Positions 36,453-46,439 of a stretch of 64,000 nucleotides of DNA are shown here, one piece after another. The stretch's first letter is position 1; each line of letters starts with the position of its first letter. The translations under genes and the position numbers were made by a program. Origin of the DNA: Occultella glacieicola (lineage in GTDB: Bacteria; Actinomycetota; Actinomycetes; Actinomycetales; Beutenbergiaceae); assembly GCF_004353825.1 (NCBI RefSeq), contig NZ_SMNA01000004.1, positions 1-64,000 of the forward strand, written 5' to 3'. The notes below the pieces were generated by a model, which was not told the DNA's origin, did not search any database, and saw only the letters and a program-made list of their open reading frames with translations.

Positions 36453-38510
36453 TCACCGGCCGGCGGCGCGCCCGGTCAGGCGGGTCGGCTGGACGTCGTA
36501 GTGGTCGTGGCTGGTCCGCACCGACCCCCAGCCGCCGGTGAGGGACCTCAGGTCGATCACGTACCGCCCGAGTTCGGCGGCCGGGACGAGCGCCTCGATG
36601 ACCTGGGTGCCGCCGTCGAGGGTGCGGGTGCCGAGCACCTGGGCGCGACGGGCACCCAGGTCGGCCAGCACGTCCCCGGTGCTCGAGTCGGGGACGGTCA
36701 CCTGCACCGAGTCGATCGGCTCGAGGATCACCGTGCCGGCCTCGGCCACCGCCTCGCGGAGCGCGTGTGCCGCAGCCGCGCGGAACGCCATCTCCGAGGA
36801 GTCGACCGAGTGGTACTTGCCGTCCACACACTCGGCCACGACATCCACCACCGGGTGCCCGTGGGCACCGCCGGCCGCCATCGCCTCGGCCAGGCCGCGC
36901 TGCACGGCGGGGAGGTACTGCCGCGGCACCGCGCCGCCCACGACCTTGCTCTCGAAGGTCAGGCCGGTGCCGCGCGGCGCGGGGCGCAACCGCATCCGCA
37001 CCACGGCGAACTGCCCGTGCCCACCCGACTGCTTCTTCACCCGGCCCTCCACCTCCACTGCGGTGGCGAGCGTCTCCCGGAACGCCACCCGGACCGGCTC
37101 GGAGACGGCGCGTACCCCGAACTTGCGCTCCAGCCGCTCGAGCGAGACGTCCAGGTGCGTGTCCCCGGTTCCGCTGAGCAGGATCTGCCCGGTGTCGGCG
37201 ACGTGCTCGGTGGCCAGCGCCGGGTCCTCCGCACACAGCCTGCGTAGCGCCTCCGGCAGCCGGTCCTCCTCCGCGGGGGTGGCGGCGTGCACCGCCACGG
37301 AGTAGCCGGGCTCCGGCCAGCTCGGCTCTCCGAGCGTGACCGGTCGGCCGGGGCGGGCCAGCAGCGTACGGGTGGGGGAGTCGGTCAGCTTCGCGACGGC
37401 GGCGATGTCGCCCGCGGGCACCCGCACGGCCAGGAGATGTTCGGTGCCGCGGATCCGGAACAGACCGTGCAGCCGTTCGGAGGCCCCGGTGCCGGTGTTC
37501 GTCAGGTGGTCCTCGGCCTGCACCGTGCCGCTGAGCACCTTGATCACCGAGACCTGCCCCACGAACGGATCGGTCACCGTGCGGAACACGTGCACCAGTG
37601 GTTCCCCGTCGGGATCGGCCGGCACCTCCGTCTCCCGGCCACCGACGAGCACCCGGGTCGGTCGTGGTGGTGGGCCGAGCAGGCAGACCTGGTCGAGCAG
37701 CTCGGTGATGCCCACCCCCGTGACCGCGGAGCCGACGAGGACGGGAACGACGGTCTCGGCGGCCACCTCGGCGGCGAGCGTGGCCCGGATCTCGGCCGGG
37801 GTGAGCTGATCGCCGGCCAGATAGCGCTCCAACTGGTCGTCGTCACCGGTGACCACCTCCTCCACGAGGTCCTCGTGCAGCCGGTGCTGTTGCGCGGCGA
37901 TCTCCGGCGGGGCGGCGACCGGGTGTGAGCGGCCGTCGCCGTCGTAGTCGGTGTCGGTGTCGGTGAGCAGGTCCGCGATGCCCTGGAAGCCGTCACGCTC
38001 GCCGAGTGGCAGTTCGACGGCCCGGATGGTCGGGCCGAACCGGTCCTGGAGGTCGCTGAGCACCCGGTGGAAGTCGGCCCCGGCCTTGTCCTCCTTCGTC
38101 ACGAACACCAGTCGGGGCAGTCCCAGCGCCACGCACCTGGCCCAGGCGCGCTGGGTGCCCGGCTCGACGCCGCTGGTGGCGGCGACCACCAGGACGGCGA
38201 GGTCGGCCACCGAGAGCGCCACGTCGACCGCGTGCCCGAAGTCGTCGTGACCCGGGGTGTCGATGACGTTCACCCGGTAGCCGCGACCCGCGGTCGTCCA
38301 GTCCAGCGGGGCGAGGGCGAGCGTGGTGGAGATGCCCCGACGGGTCGCCTCGGGGTCGGTGTCGCACACGGTGGAGCCGTCCTCGGTGCGGCCCATCCGG
38401 CCGATCACGCCGGCGCGCTGCAGCAGCGCCTCCACCAGCGTGGTCTTGCCGCAGCCGCCGTGGCCGATCACGGCGATGGTGCGGATGTCCTGCGTGCGCG
38501 GGTCGTCCAT
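36453..38510 (-). CDS. Elongation factor G-like protein (EF-G2 paralog)
   Basis: GHGGCGKTT, DTPGH, TKED, KKQSGGHGQFA, HSVDSSEMAF. Confidence 0.92.
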   Translation of the reverse strand: MDDPRTQDIRTIAVIGHGGCGKTTLVEALLQRAGVIGRMGRTEDGSTVCDTDPEATRRGISTTLALAPLDWTTAGRGYRVNVIDTPGHDDFGHAVDVALSVADLAVLVVAATSGVEPGTQRAWARCVALGLPRLVFVTKEDKAGADFHRVLSDLQDRFGPTIRAVELPLGERDGFQGIADLLTDTDTDYDGDGRSHPVAAPPEIAAQQHRLHEDLVEEVVTGDDDQLERYLAGDQLTPAEIRATLAAEVAAETVVPVLVGSAVTGVGITELLDQVCLLGPPPRPTRVLVGGRETEVPADPDGEPLVHVFRTVTDPFVGQVSVIKVLSGTVQAEDHLTNTGTGASERLHGLFRIRGTEHLLAVRVPAGDIAAVAKLTDSPTRTLLARPGRPVTLGEPSWPEPGYSVAVHAATPAEEDRLPEALRRLCAEDPALATEHVADTGQILLSGTGDTHLDVSLERLERKFGVRAVSEPVRVAFRETLATAVEVEGRVKKQSGGHGQFAVVRMRLRPAPRGTGLTFESKVVGGAVPRQYLPAVQRGLAEAMAAGGAHGHPVVDVVAECVDGKYHSVDSSEMAFRAAAAHALREAVAEAGTVILEPIDSVQVTVPDSSTGDVLADLGARRAQVLGTRTLDGGTQVIEALVPAAELGRYVIDLRSLTGGWGSVRTSHDHYDVQPTRLTGRAAGR

Positions 38511-38670
38511 CTCGGTCCGTTCAGCTGGGGACGCCGGGACTGACGATGCTAGACCCGCACGGCGTTCCGGGGGAGGTGCTCGGTGACCCTCCGGAGCTCC
38601 GGGGGCGCCTGCGGCCGCCCGTGGTGGCCTACGTTGGAGTCCGGCGACGTCCAAGATCCTGGGAGCGTGC

Positions 38671-39552
38671 GTGCCCGAAGGCCACACCATCCACGCCCTC
38701 GCGGGCCGGCTGAACCGTGCGTTCGCTCAGGAGCAGGTCCGGGCATCCAGCCCTCAGGGCCGGTTCGCGGGCGGCGCGCAGATCCTCGACCGGCGCGTCC
38801 TGGTCGAGGCCGGCGCGTGGGGGAAGAACCTGTTCGTGGAGTTCGACGGCGACGTCTGGCTGCATGTGCACCTCGGCCTGATCGGGGTGTTCCCCGTGGT
38901 GCCGCTGCCCGTGGACCTGCGCGGTCTCGACCCGTCGGAACTGCCGACCTCGGGCGCGGTGCGGCTGCGGATCGCGGGGCACGGGCACGTCGCGGACCTG
39001 CGCGGGCCGATGACCTGCGCGCTGGTCGCCCCGGGCGAGATCGCCGCGCTCACCGGCCGGCTCGGCCCGGACCCGTTGCGGCCGGACGCCGACCCCGACC
39101 TCGGCTGGGCGAAGGTGAGCCGGAGCGCTCGGCCGGTCGCCGAGCTGCTCATGGACCAGGCCGTGGTGGCGGGCGTCGGCAACGTGTACCGGTGTGAGGT
39201 CCTGTTCCGGCACCGGGTGGACCCGATGCGCCCGGGCAAGGAGATCCGCAGGTCCACCTGGCGGGCGATCTGGGACGACCTGGTGCGGCTCCTGCCGCTC
39301 GGCGTGATCTACCACCAGATCCTCACCATGGACGACCAGATCGAGGCCGCGGAGGCCGAGATCGCCGCCGGCGAGGCGCTCCGGCACACCGCCGACCTCA
39401 CCGGGGAACGGCTCGGCGACCACTTCGAACGTCGGTTCTTCCTGTACAAGCGCACCGGAGAACCCTGCCTGGTGTGCGGCTCCAAGGTCCGCGCGAAGCC
39501 GCTCGCCGGCCGCACCCTGTACTGGTGCGGCCGCTGCCAGCGCCGTCGATAG
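38671..39552 (+). CDS. nei: Fpg/Nei-family DNA glycosylase
   Basis: PEGH N-terminus, H2TH GVGNVYR, C-terminal zinc finger. Confidence 0.93.
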   Translation: MPEGHTIHALAGRLNRAFAQEQVRASSPQGRFAGGAQILDRRVLVEAGAWGKNLFVEFDGDVWLHVHLGLIGVFPVVPLPVDLRGLDPSELPTSGAVRLRIAGHGHVADLRGPMTCALVAPGEIAALTGRLGPDPLRPDADPDLGWAKVSRSARPVAELLMDQAVVAGVGNVYRCEVLFRHRVDPMRPGKEIRRSTWRAIWDDLVRLLPLGVIYHQILTMDDQIEAAEAEIAAGEALRHTADLTGERLGDHFERRFFLYKRTGEPCLVCGSKVRAKPLAGRTLYWCGRCQRRR

Positions 39553-39641
39553 CCGTCGGCGCAGTCCTTCGCCCCCGAGGCAGACCCCTGTGCGGTTCCG
39601 CTTCGGGCCTCGGGTACTGCGCGACAGGCGGAAGTACCCGC

Positions 39642-41009
39642 TCAGCCGGCTAGGACCGGCTCGGGCGCGGCCGGTTCGACGATCGGCTCCATCCGCGGCC
39701 GGCCCAACCCGCGGTAGCTCCAGCCGGCACGCCGCCAGCCGTCGGTGTCGAGGGCGTTGCGGCCGTCGATCACGCGGCGCTGCGCCACGAGGCCACCGAC
39801 CTGCTCCGGGTCGAGCTCGAGGAACTCCGACCACTCGGTGAGCAGTAGCACCAGGTCGGCGTCGGCGAGCGCCTCGGCCGCGGAGTCCGCGTAGGTCAGT
39901 GTCGGGAACACCGCCCGGGCATTGTCGATCGCCTGCGGGTCGTAGACGCGCACGCCGGCGCCGCGCAGCTGCAACTGAGCCGCCACGTTCAGTGCGGGGG
40001 AGTCGCGGACATCGTCGGTGAGCGGCTTGAACGCCGCCCCGAGCACGGCGACCCTCCGGCCGAGCAGGCTGCCGCCGACCTCCTCGGTGGCCAGCTCGAC
40101 CACCCGGTGCCGGCGGCGCATGTTGATGTCGTCGACCTCGCGCAGGAACGTCAGGGCCTGGTCCACCCCGAGCTCGCCGGCGCGCGCCATCATCGCGCGG
40201 ATGTCCTTGGGCAGGCAGCCACCGCCGAAGCCGAGCCCGGCCTTGAGGAAGGCGTGCCCGATCCGGGCGTCGTGACCGAGCGCCTCGGACACGGCGGTCA
40301 CGTCGCCACCGGTGGCCTCGCACAGTTCGGCGACGGCGTTGATGAACGAGATCTTCGTCGCCAGGAACGCGTTCGCGGACACCTTCACCAGTTCGGCGCT
40401 GACCAGGTCGCTCACCACCAGGGGGGTCCCGGCGCCGAGGACTCGTTCGTACACTGCGCGCAGGCTCCGTTCTGCCGCGTCGCTGGCGACGCCGAACACG
40501 AGTCGGTCCGGGCGGAGGGTGTCCTCGACCGAGCGGCCCTCCCGCAGGAACTCGGGGTTCCAGGCGATCTCGACCCGCACGCCCTCGGGGGCGAGGGAGT
40601 CCGCGAGGTCCTGCAGTTCGTGCGCGGTGCCGACCGGCACGGTCGACTTCCCGACGATCAGCGCGTCCCGCCGCAGGTGCGGGACGAGCCCGGCGACGGC
40701 CGCCCGCACGTGCGAGGTGTCGGCGCCAAGGCCGTCGGGCCGCTGCGGGGTACCCACGCAGAGGAAGTGCACGTCGGCATCGGCGGCCTCGGCCACCTCC
40801 GTGGTGAACCGCAGGGCACCTGCGCTGGTGTGGGCGAGGATCAGTTCGGGCAGTCCGGGCTCGTAGAACGGCAGCCGGCCGTCGCTCAGGTCGGCGATCT
40901 TCGCGGGGTCGGTGTCGACGCCGACGACGGCGTAGCCGAGTTCGGCCATGCAGGCGGCGTGGGTGGCGCCGAGGTATCCGGTGCCGATCACGCTGATGGT
41001 GAGTGTCAT
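39642..41009 (-). CDS. ugd: UDP-glucose 6-dehydrogenase
   Basis: GTGYLG, KSTVPVG, NPEFLREG, GFGGGCLPKD. Confidence 0.96.
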   Translation of the reverse strand: MTLTISVIGTGYLGATHAACMAELGYAVVGVDTDPAKIADLSDGRLPFYEPGLPELILAHTSAGALRFTTEVAEAADADVHFLCVGTPQRPDGLGADTSHVRAAVAGLVPHLRRDALIVGKSTVPVGTAHELQDLADSLAPEGVRVEIAWNPEFLREGRSVEDTLRPDRLVFGVASDAAERSLRAVYERVLGAGTPLVVSDLVSAELVKVSANAFLATKISFINAVAELCEATGGDVTAVSEALGHDARIGHAFLKAGLGFGGGCLPKDIRAMMARAGELGVDQALTFLREVDDINMRRRHRVVELATEEVGGSLLGRRVAVLGAAFKPLTDDVRDSPALNVAAQLQLRGAGVRVYDPQAIDNARAVFPTLTYADSAAEALADADLVLLLTEWSEFLELDPEQVGGLVAQRRVIDGRNALDTDGWRRAGWSYRGLGRPRMEPIVEPAAPEPVLAG

Positions 41010-42121
41010 GGGAGCTCCCAGGGGTCGTCGAGGACGCTCGTCGCGGCCTCTGTGGTGGCGGGTCGGAAGGCGTACACGGCGAGCAGTCGCAGGCGGGTCG
41101 CCATGGCGTAGCCGGGCAGCGTGGCCCGTTCGACGGCGGTGGGCCGGTAGCCGCTCAGCACACCGCTCGCGCAGGCGCGGGCGAGGGCCGGGGTGGTGAC
41201 CCCCTGCCTGGCACGCAGTTCGAGGTGCACGAGCAGGTTGGCCAGGTCCAGGGCCGGGTCGCCGAGGGCGAGGAGGTCGAGGTCGAGGACACCGGCCTCC
41301 GCCCCCGCGGTGAGCAGTTGCTTGTCATGCAGGTCCCGGTGCAGGAGCACCGGTCGGGCGCACGGGACGAGCGACGCCTCGGCGCGAGCGAGTGCCGCGG
41401 GCACGTCCGTGGCGGTGCGCGGGAGCACCCCGTACGCCTGCGCGAGCCCCAACCAGCGTCGCGTCACCGCGAACTCGGCGGCGCCGTCATGGACGGCGAC
41501 GCCGCCCGCGGGCGGGGGCACCGCGTGCAGCCGGCGCAGCAGGGTCCCGACGGCGTGGCCCGCCTCGGTCAGGTCGGCCGGCTCGGCACCCGGTGCGGCG
41601 AGCGCCTCGTGCAGCGTGTGGCCGGGCATTGCCTCGGTGGTCAGGGTGGTCTCGTCGGCACCGAGCACCCGGGGTGCGCGGACCCCAGCGCCGGTAGTCG
41701 TGGCGAGCGTGTCGACGAGGCCGTCGACCCGTCCGGGCCGCACCACCTTCGTGAACACAATGCGGCCGCCGACCTCGTGCCGCACCACACCGCGGCGCTC
41801 CGGGCGGTGCGCGACGAGGTGCGCGCCGGGTGCCGAGGCGAGATCGTGCAGCGCCGTGAGGCGCCGGTCGGTTCCCCCGGCCTGGAGGATGACATGCTCG
41901 CCGACGCCCTGGACGTGCCGGGTGCCGCCCGGCCGGCGGGTGGTGGCGGCCGCGACGTGGGTGGCCCGGTCCGGGTCGGCGAACCACTGGCCGGCGACGC
42001 CGGCGCCCGGGCGGGTGCGCACCATCAACAGTGCGTGCCCCTCGTCGCGGGGCATCGCCCGCTCGAGCGTGTGCCCGGCCGCGCGCAGGTCGGAGACGAT
42101 GAGGTCGAAGGTGCCGGTCAC
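41006..42121 (-). CDS. APH-family phosphotransferase
   Basis: LHRDLHDKQ; LDLD; DPALDLAN. Confidence 0.88.
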   Translation of the reverse strand: MTGTFDLIVSDLRAAGHTLERAMPRDEGHALLMVRTRPGAGVAGQWFADPDRATHVAAATTRRPGGTRHVQGVGEHVILQAGGTDRRLTALHDLASAPGAHLVAHRPERRGVVRHEVGGRIVFTKVVRPGRVDGLVDTLATTTGAGVRAPRVLGADETTLTTEAMPGHTLHEALAAPGAEPADLTEAGHAVGTLLRRLHAVPPPAGGVAVHDGAAEFAVTRRWLGLAQAYGVLPRTATDVPAALARAEASLVPCARPVLLHRDLHDKQLLTAGAEAGVLDLDLLALGDPALDLANLLVHLELRARQGVTTPALARACASGVLSGYRPTAVERATLPGYAMATRLRLLAVYAFRPATTEAATSVLDDPWELP

Positions 42122-43413
42122 GACGCCACTCCCAGCCGCCCGTGCCGGAGCAGGCCCTCGACCCGGACGAGCACGTCCTCGGTCCGCTCCGCCCAGTCGC
42201 CACGCATGCTACGGAACGGTTCGGCCGCCCGGCGCAGCAGTTGCGCGGCGAGGTGGAGCCGTAGCCGGGCCGGGTCCGGTTCGTCGGGGTAGCCGGCCGC
42301 GACGGCGGCCATGAGCGTCTCCGGCTCCGTCGCGCCGTCGAGCACGGCCTGCGCGCCCAGGCTGGCCAGGTCCACCTCGGCCTGGCCGCGGGCGGCGTGA
42401 TCGAGGTCGATCAGGCCCACCGTGCCGGCACCGGTACGGACCACCTGGTCGAGGGAGAAGTCACCGTGCAGGCTCACCTGCCCTCCGGCGTCCGGCGTGG
42501 GCCAACGCTCGGTCAGCGCCGTCGTGAGCCGGTCCACCCGTTCGGCCAGGTGCGGAAGCAACACGGTCACCTGCTGGGTGGTCCGCCGTGCGCCGGCGAG
42601 GTCGGAGCGCTGGTCGCGGACGGGCAGGTCCGCGGGCGTGGCGTGCAGGGCCCCGAGCGCGGCACCCACCGCGGCGAGGTCGGCGGCGGGCGCGGACCCC
42701 TCCAGTGGCGCACCATGGCGGAACTCGAGGACCGCAAGGCCGGAGCGGGTGCACCGGCCGAGCAGCCGCGGAGTAGGAGCACCGGCCCGCTCGAGGGCGC
42801 GGACACGGTCGGTCGCCGCGGCGAGGTCCCGCGGTCGGTAGGCGCGGAGCAGGAGGTCGGCGCCGTCGTCGGAGCGGACGGTGCCGACCCAACGGCGCTG
42901 GGGCTTGTAGGCGAGCTGACGGACGCCGGTGCCGCGCTGGAGGCCGCCGACGGCGCCGCGTGTGGCCCGCTGCACGGCCCGCTCGGTCCGGGTCCGGTCG
43001 TGCCACGCGGCGACGGCGGGCAGGTCCCGGTCGGCGATCACGGTGGTGACGATCGCGTTCAGCGGCTGGTCGGCCGCGAGCACCGACCCACGCGGCGCCC
43101 GGTCGACCGTCTTGCCGAGCTTGCGGACGCCGTCGGGTCCGTGCGCGGTCACGATGACGGTGCGGCTGCCGGCCGGGGTCACCGGGACGCTCGCCAACGC
43201 GTCGGGTGGCGAAACGCCGGCGTGGCCGGTCACCTCGATCGCGGCCACGCAGCTCGTGCCCGGCTTGTACCGCAGGTAGCGGGGCCGTACGTGCAGGTCG
43301 GCGCCCAGCAGCGTGCTCAGCCACTCCTGGAGAGCGAGCCGGTCGAGCAGCACGGGCAGCGCGGTCAGCCGCGGGTCGCGCGCGGCCAGGGCGCGGTCAG
43401 GTCGTGAGAGCAC
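42118..43413 (-). CDS. APH-family phosphotransferase
   Basis: YLRYKPG, YKPQRR, LHGDFSLDQ, IDLD; GTG start inferred. Confidence 0.86.
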   Translation of the reverse strand: MLSRPDRALAARDPRLTALPVLLDRLALQEWLSTLLGADLHVRPRYLRYKPGTSCVAAIEVTGHAGVSPPDALASVPVTPAGSRTVIVTAHGPDGVRKLGKTVDRAPRGSVLAADQPLNAIVTTVIADRDLPAVAAWHDRTRTERAVQRATRGAVGGLQRGTGVRQLAYKPQRRWVGTVRSDDGADLLLRAYRPRDLAAATDRVRALERAGAPTPRLLGRCTRSGLAVLEFRHGAPLEGSAPAADLAAVGAALGALHATPADLPVRDQRSDLAGARRTTQQVTVLLPHLAERVDRLTTALTERWPTPDAGGQVSLHGDFSLDQVVRTGAGTVGLIDLDHAARGQAEVDLASLGAQAVLDGATEPETLMAAVAAGYPDEPDPARLRLHLAAQLLRRAAEPFRSMRGDWAERTEDVLVRVEGLLRHGRLGVAS

Positions 43414-45253
43414 GGTCCTGCTCCTTCCCTTCGGTGGTCTCGGCGTTCGCTTCGGGCTCGGCCTCCGGGCCCGTCGCCGCGGCCGCACCGGTGCGTCGGT
43501 CCAGGACGGTGTCCGGACGGCCCGAGTCGGTCACGACGCCGCCCTCCACCCAGAACACCCGGTCGGCGTCACGGGCGGCGGCCAGGTCGTGGGTGATGAT
43601 GATCGTGGTGCGGCCCTGCGTGAGCCGGTTCATGGCCGCGATCACCTCATCCTCGGTGCCCTTGTCCAGGCCGGTCATCGCCTCGTCGAGGATGACGATC
43701 GGCGCATCCCGGACGGCGGCGCGTGCGATCGCGATGCGCTGGCGCTGGCCACCGGAGAGCGTGGTGCCGCGTTCTCCGACGACGGTCTCGTACCCGTGCG
43801 GCAGGGCCATGATGAAGTCGTGCGCGCCGGCGAGCCGGGCGGCCTCCTCCACCTGGGTGTCGGTGGTCCCGGGGGCACCATCGGCGATGTTCTCCCGGAT
43901 CGTGGTGGCGAACAGCAGGCTCTCCTGGAGCACGATCGCGATCTGAGGTCGCAGGGACTCCAGGGTGAGGTCGCGCACGTCGATCCCGTCGATGCAGACC
44001 TGACCGGCCTCGGGGTCGCGCAGCCGTGACAGCAGCATGGCCAGGCTGGACTTGCCGGCCCCGGACGGCCCGACCACCGCGACCCGCTCGCCGGGGTGCA
44101 CGTGCAGGTCCATGCCGCGCAGCACCGGGTGCCTCGGCGTATAGGACATCCACACGCCGCGGAGCCAGACGTCACCGCGGAACCGTCGGGCCGGGCGGGC
44201 CCAGGAGCTGTTGACGACCTTCGGGGTCTGCTCGAAGACGTCCACGAGCCGTTCCCCGGATGCCGCGGCCTGCGCGATCCGGCCGGTGTACTTGGCCAGG
44301 TCCCGCATCGGCTTGAACGCGGCCTTGAGGTAGGTGATGAAGACGACGAGCTCACCGGGGGTGAGGGCGCCGGCCAGGACCCGGGTGGCGCCGATGTAGA
44401 GCACCGCCGCGGTCGCGATGCCGACCAGCAGGTCGGTCTTGCGCTCCAGTCCGGCGGAGAGCTTCTTGGCCTTCACGCCGTCCTTGAGGGTCTTCTGATT
44501 GCTACTCGCGAAGGCGCTGCTCATCTTGTCCTCGAGCGAGTAGGACTGGATCACGCGCATCGCGGACAGGCTCTCGGTGGCCATGGACGCGAGCGCACCC
44601 TCGGCCTTGCGCTGCTGGCGGGAGACCCCGTTGATCCGCTTGGACACCCGGGCCCCGGTGAGGAGGAAGACCGGCAGGACCGCGATCATGACGAGCGCGA
44701 GCGGGGCGTCCAGCACGAAGACCACGCCGACCATGGCGATCATGGTGACGACGTTGCCGATCAGGGGGAGCGCCGCGGTGACCGCGACCTCCTTGAGCCG
44801 GCCCACGTCGGAGGTCACCCGGGCCACCAGGTCCCCGGTGCGGGAGTTGTCGTGGAAGGCCATCGACAGCGTCTGCAGGTGCGTGAAGGCCTGCCCGCGG
44901 ACCCTGGTGAGCAGCCGGTTCCCGGCGAGCGCGAACGCGACCGTCATCAGGTAGGCGGCCAACGCCCGCAGCGCCACGACCACCAGGAGGCCGGTGCTGG
45001 CCAGCAGCAGCACCGTGGTCAGGCTCGTCGGTGCCTCGCCGGCGATCTCGGCTCCGCTGGAGGCGATCACGCCGTCCAGCACGAACTTCAACGGCCAGGG
45101 TTCGAGCAGTCGCATCAGCACCTCGGCGAACATGGCCGCCAGTCCGCCCGCGAGCAGGGGGCGTTCGGAGCGCAGGTGGGGTGCCACGTGCTTGGCGGTG
45201 CGGCGCAGCCCGGGGAGGGCGCCGCGCAGGGTGGTGGGCTTAGACGAGGTCAT
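43397..45253 (-). CDS. ABC exporter (fused TMD-NBD, MsbA-like)
   Basis: LEPWPLK, GPSGAGKS, LSGGQ. Confidence 0.94.
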   Translation of the reverse strand: MTSSKPTTLRGALPGLRRTAKHVAPHLRSERPLLAGGLAAMFAEVLMRLLEPWPLKFVLDGVIASSGAEIAGEAPTSLTTVLLLASTGLLVVVALRALAAYLMTVAFALAGNRLLTRVRGQAFTHLQTLSMAFHDNSRTGDLVARVTSDVGRLKEVAVTAALPLIGNVVTMIAMVGVVFVLDAPLALVMIAVLPVFLLTGARVSKRINGVSRQQRKAEGALASMATESLSAMRVIQSYSLEDKMSSAFASSNQKTLKDGVKAKKLSAGLERKTDLLVGIATAAVLYIGATRVLAGALTPGELVVFITYLKAAFKPMRDLAKYTGRIAQAAASGERLVDVFEQTPKVVNSSWARPARRFRGDVWLRGVWMSYTPRHPVLRGMDLHVHPGERVAVVGPSGAGKSSLAMLLSRLRDPEAGQVCIDGIDVRDLTLESLRPQIAIVLQESLLFATTIRENIADGAPGTTDTQVEEAARLAGAHDFIMALPHGYETVVGERGTTLSGGQRQRIAIARAAVRDAPIVILDEAMTGLDKGTEDEVIAAMNRLTQGRTTIIITHDLAAARDADRVFWVEGGVVTDSGRPDTVLDRRTGAAAATGPEAEPEANAETTEGKEQDRALTT

Positions 45254-46439
45254 CGGCGCTCACGTCCAGGTGGATGCCGACGAGGTCGAGGATGCGCTCG
45301 ACCACGCGGCTCCAGTCGTTGGCGGCCATGTTCTCGGGACCGAGGCGGCCCAGGTCGGCCCGGCGGGTGGCATCGGCGCGCAGGTCGGCGATCGCGTCGG
45401 CCAGCGCCCGGGCGTCCCCCGGGTCCACGAGCGTCCCCAGGCGGCCGTCGCCCAGGAGTGCCGGCAACCCTCCGATCCGGGACGCGACCACGGGTAGGCC
45501 GGCGGCGAGGTACTCGTAGACCTTGAGCGGGGAGAAGTAGAAGTCCGCCAGTTCGGGATAGGGCGCGGTGGCCACGTCCATGCGGTGCAGCAGGGCGGGC
45601 ATCTCCGCCGCGTCGACGGCGCCGGTCGCCTCGATCGCCCGGTCGATGCCGAGGTGGCCGGCTCGGTCGGCGAGCGCCTGCGCCTGGGGGCCGTGACCGA
45701 CGAGCAGGAGCCGGTAGCTCGGGTCGCGGCGCAGCAGTAGCGCGAGGGCATCGATCAGCACGTCGACGCCGTGCCAGGGTTTGAGGGTGCCGACGAAGCC
45801 GACGGTGAAGGTGGTCGCATCCGCCGCGGTGACCGGCCGGCCGGCCGGTGTGATCGCCCGGGTGTCCACGCCGTTGGCGACGGTGTGCACCCGTTCGGGG
45901 GCGTGGGTGCGATCGCGGGCCCAGTCCGCGACGGGGTCCGTGACGCAGACGACGGCGTCGGCGCGGCCGATCGCGTCGCTCGCGACCCGCTCCGCCCCGG
46001 CGATGTCGACGAGGCCCCGGTGGCGGGACGCCTCCGCGACCAGCGGCGCGTTCACCTCGAGCACGGCGCGGACGCCCTTCTCCTGCGCCCACGCGGTCGC
46101 GGTGCGGCCCCAGAGCGCGTAGCGCTCGTAGACGAGGTCCAGGGGTCCGGTCGCGTGCAGCCGGTCGAGGACGGACGCGACCGCGGCGTCGCTGTGCCGG
46201 GCGGCGCGCTCCCGGTCCGTCCGGTCAGCACCATCCGCGCCGGAGACCTCGGGCAGCAGGTGGACGGTGACGCCGCGGAGGTCGGCCGGCGGCTCACCGT
46301 CCGTGCGGGGCGTGATCAGGTGCACCTCGGCACCGGCGGCGGCCAGGACCCGGATGACGGCGCGCACGTGCACGGACGCGCCCTTGCGCCCGAAGACGCT
46401 GATACCGGGGTCGGTGGTGACGTAGGCGACGCGGGTCAT
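45240..46439 (-). CDS. Glycosyltransferase family 4
   Basis: VFGRKGASVH, YERY, FVGTLKPWHG, FSPLKVYEY. Confidence 0.93.
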   Translation of the reverse strand: MTRVAYVTTDPGISVFGRKGASVHVRAVIRVLAAAGAEVHLITPRTDGEPPADLRGVTVHLLPEVSGADGADRTDRERAARHSDAAVASVLDRLHATGPLDLVYERYALWGRTATAWAQEKGVRAVLEVNAPLVAEASRHRGLVDIAGAERVASDAIGRADAVVCVTDPVADWARDRTHAPERVHTVANGVDTRAITPAGRPVTAADATTFTVGFVGTLKPWHGVDVLIDALALLLRRDPSYRLLLVGHGPQAQALADRAGHLGIDRAIEATGAVDAAEMPALLHRMDVATAPYPELADFYFSPLKVYEYLAAGLPVVASRIGGLPALLGDGRLGTLVDPGDARALADAIADLRADATRRADLGRLGPENMAANDWSRVVERILDLVGIHLDVSADDLV

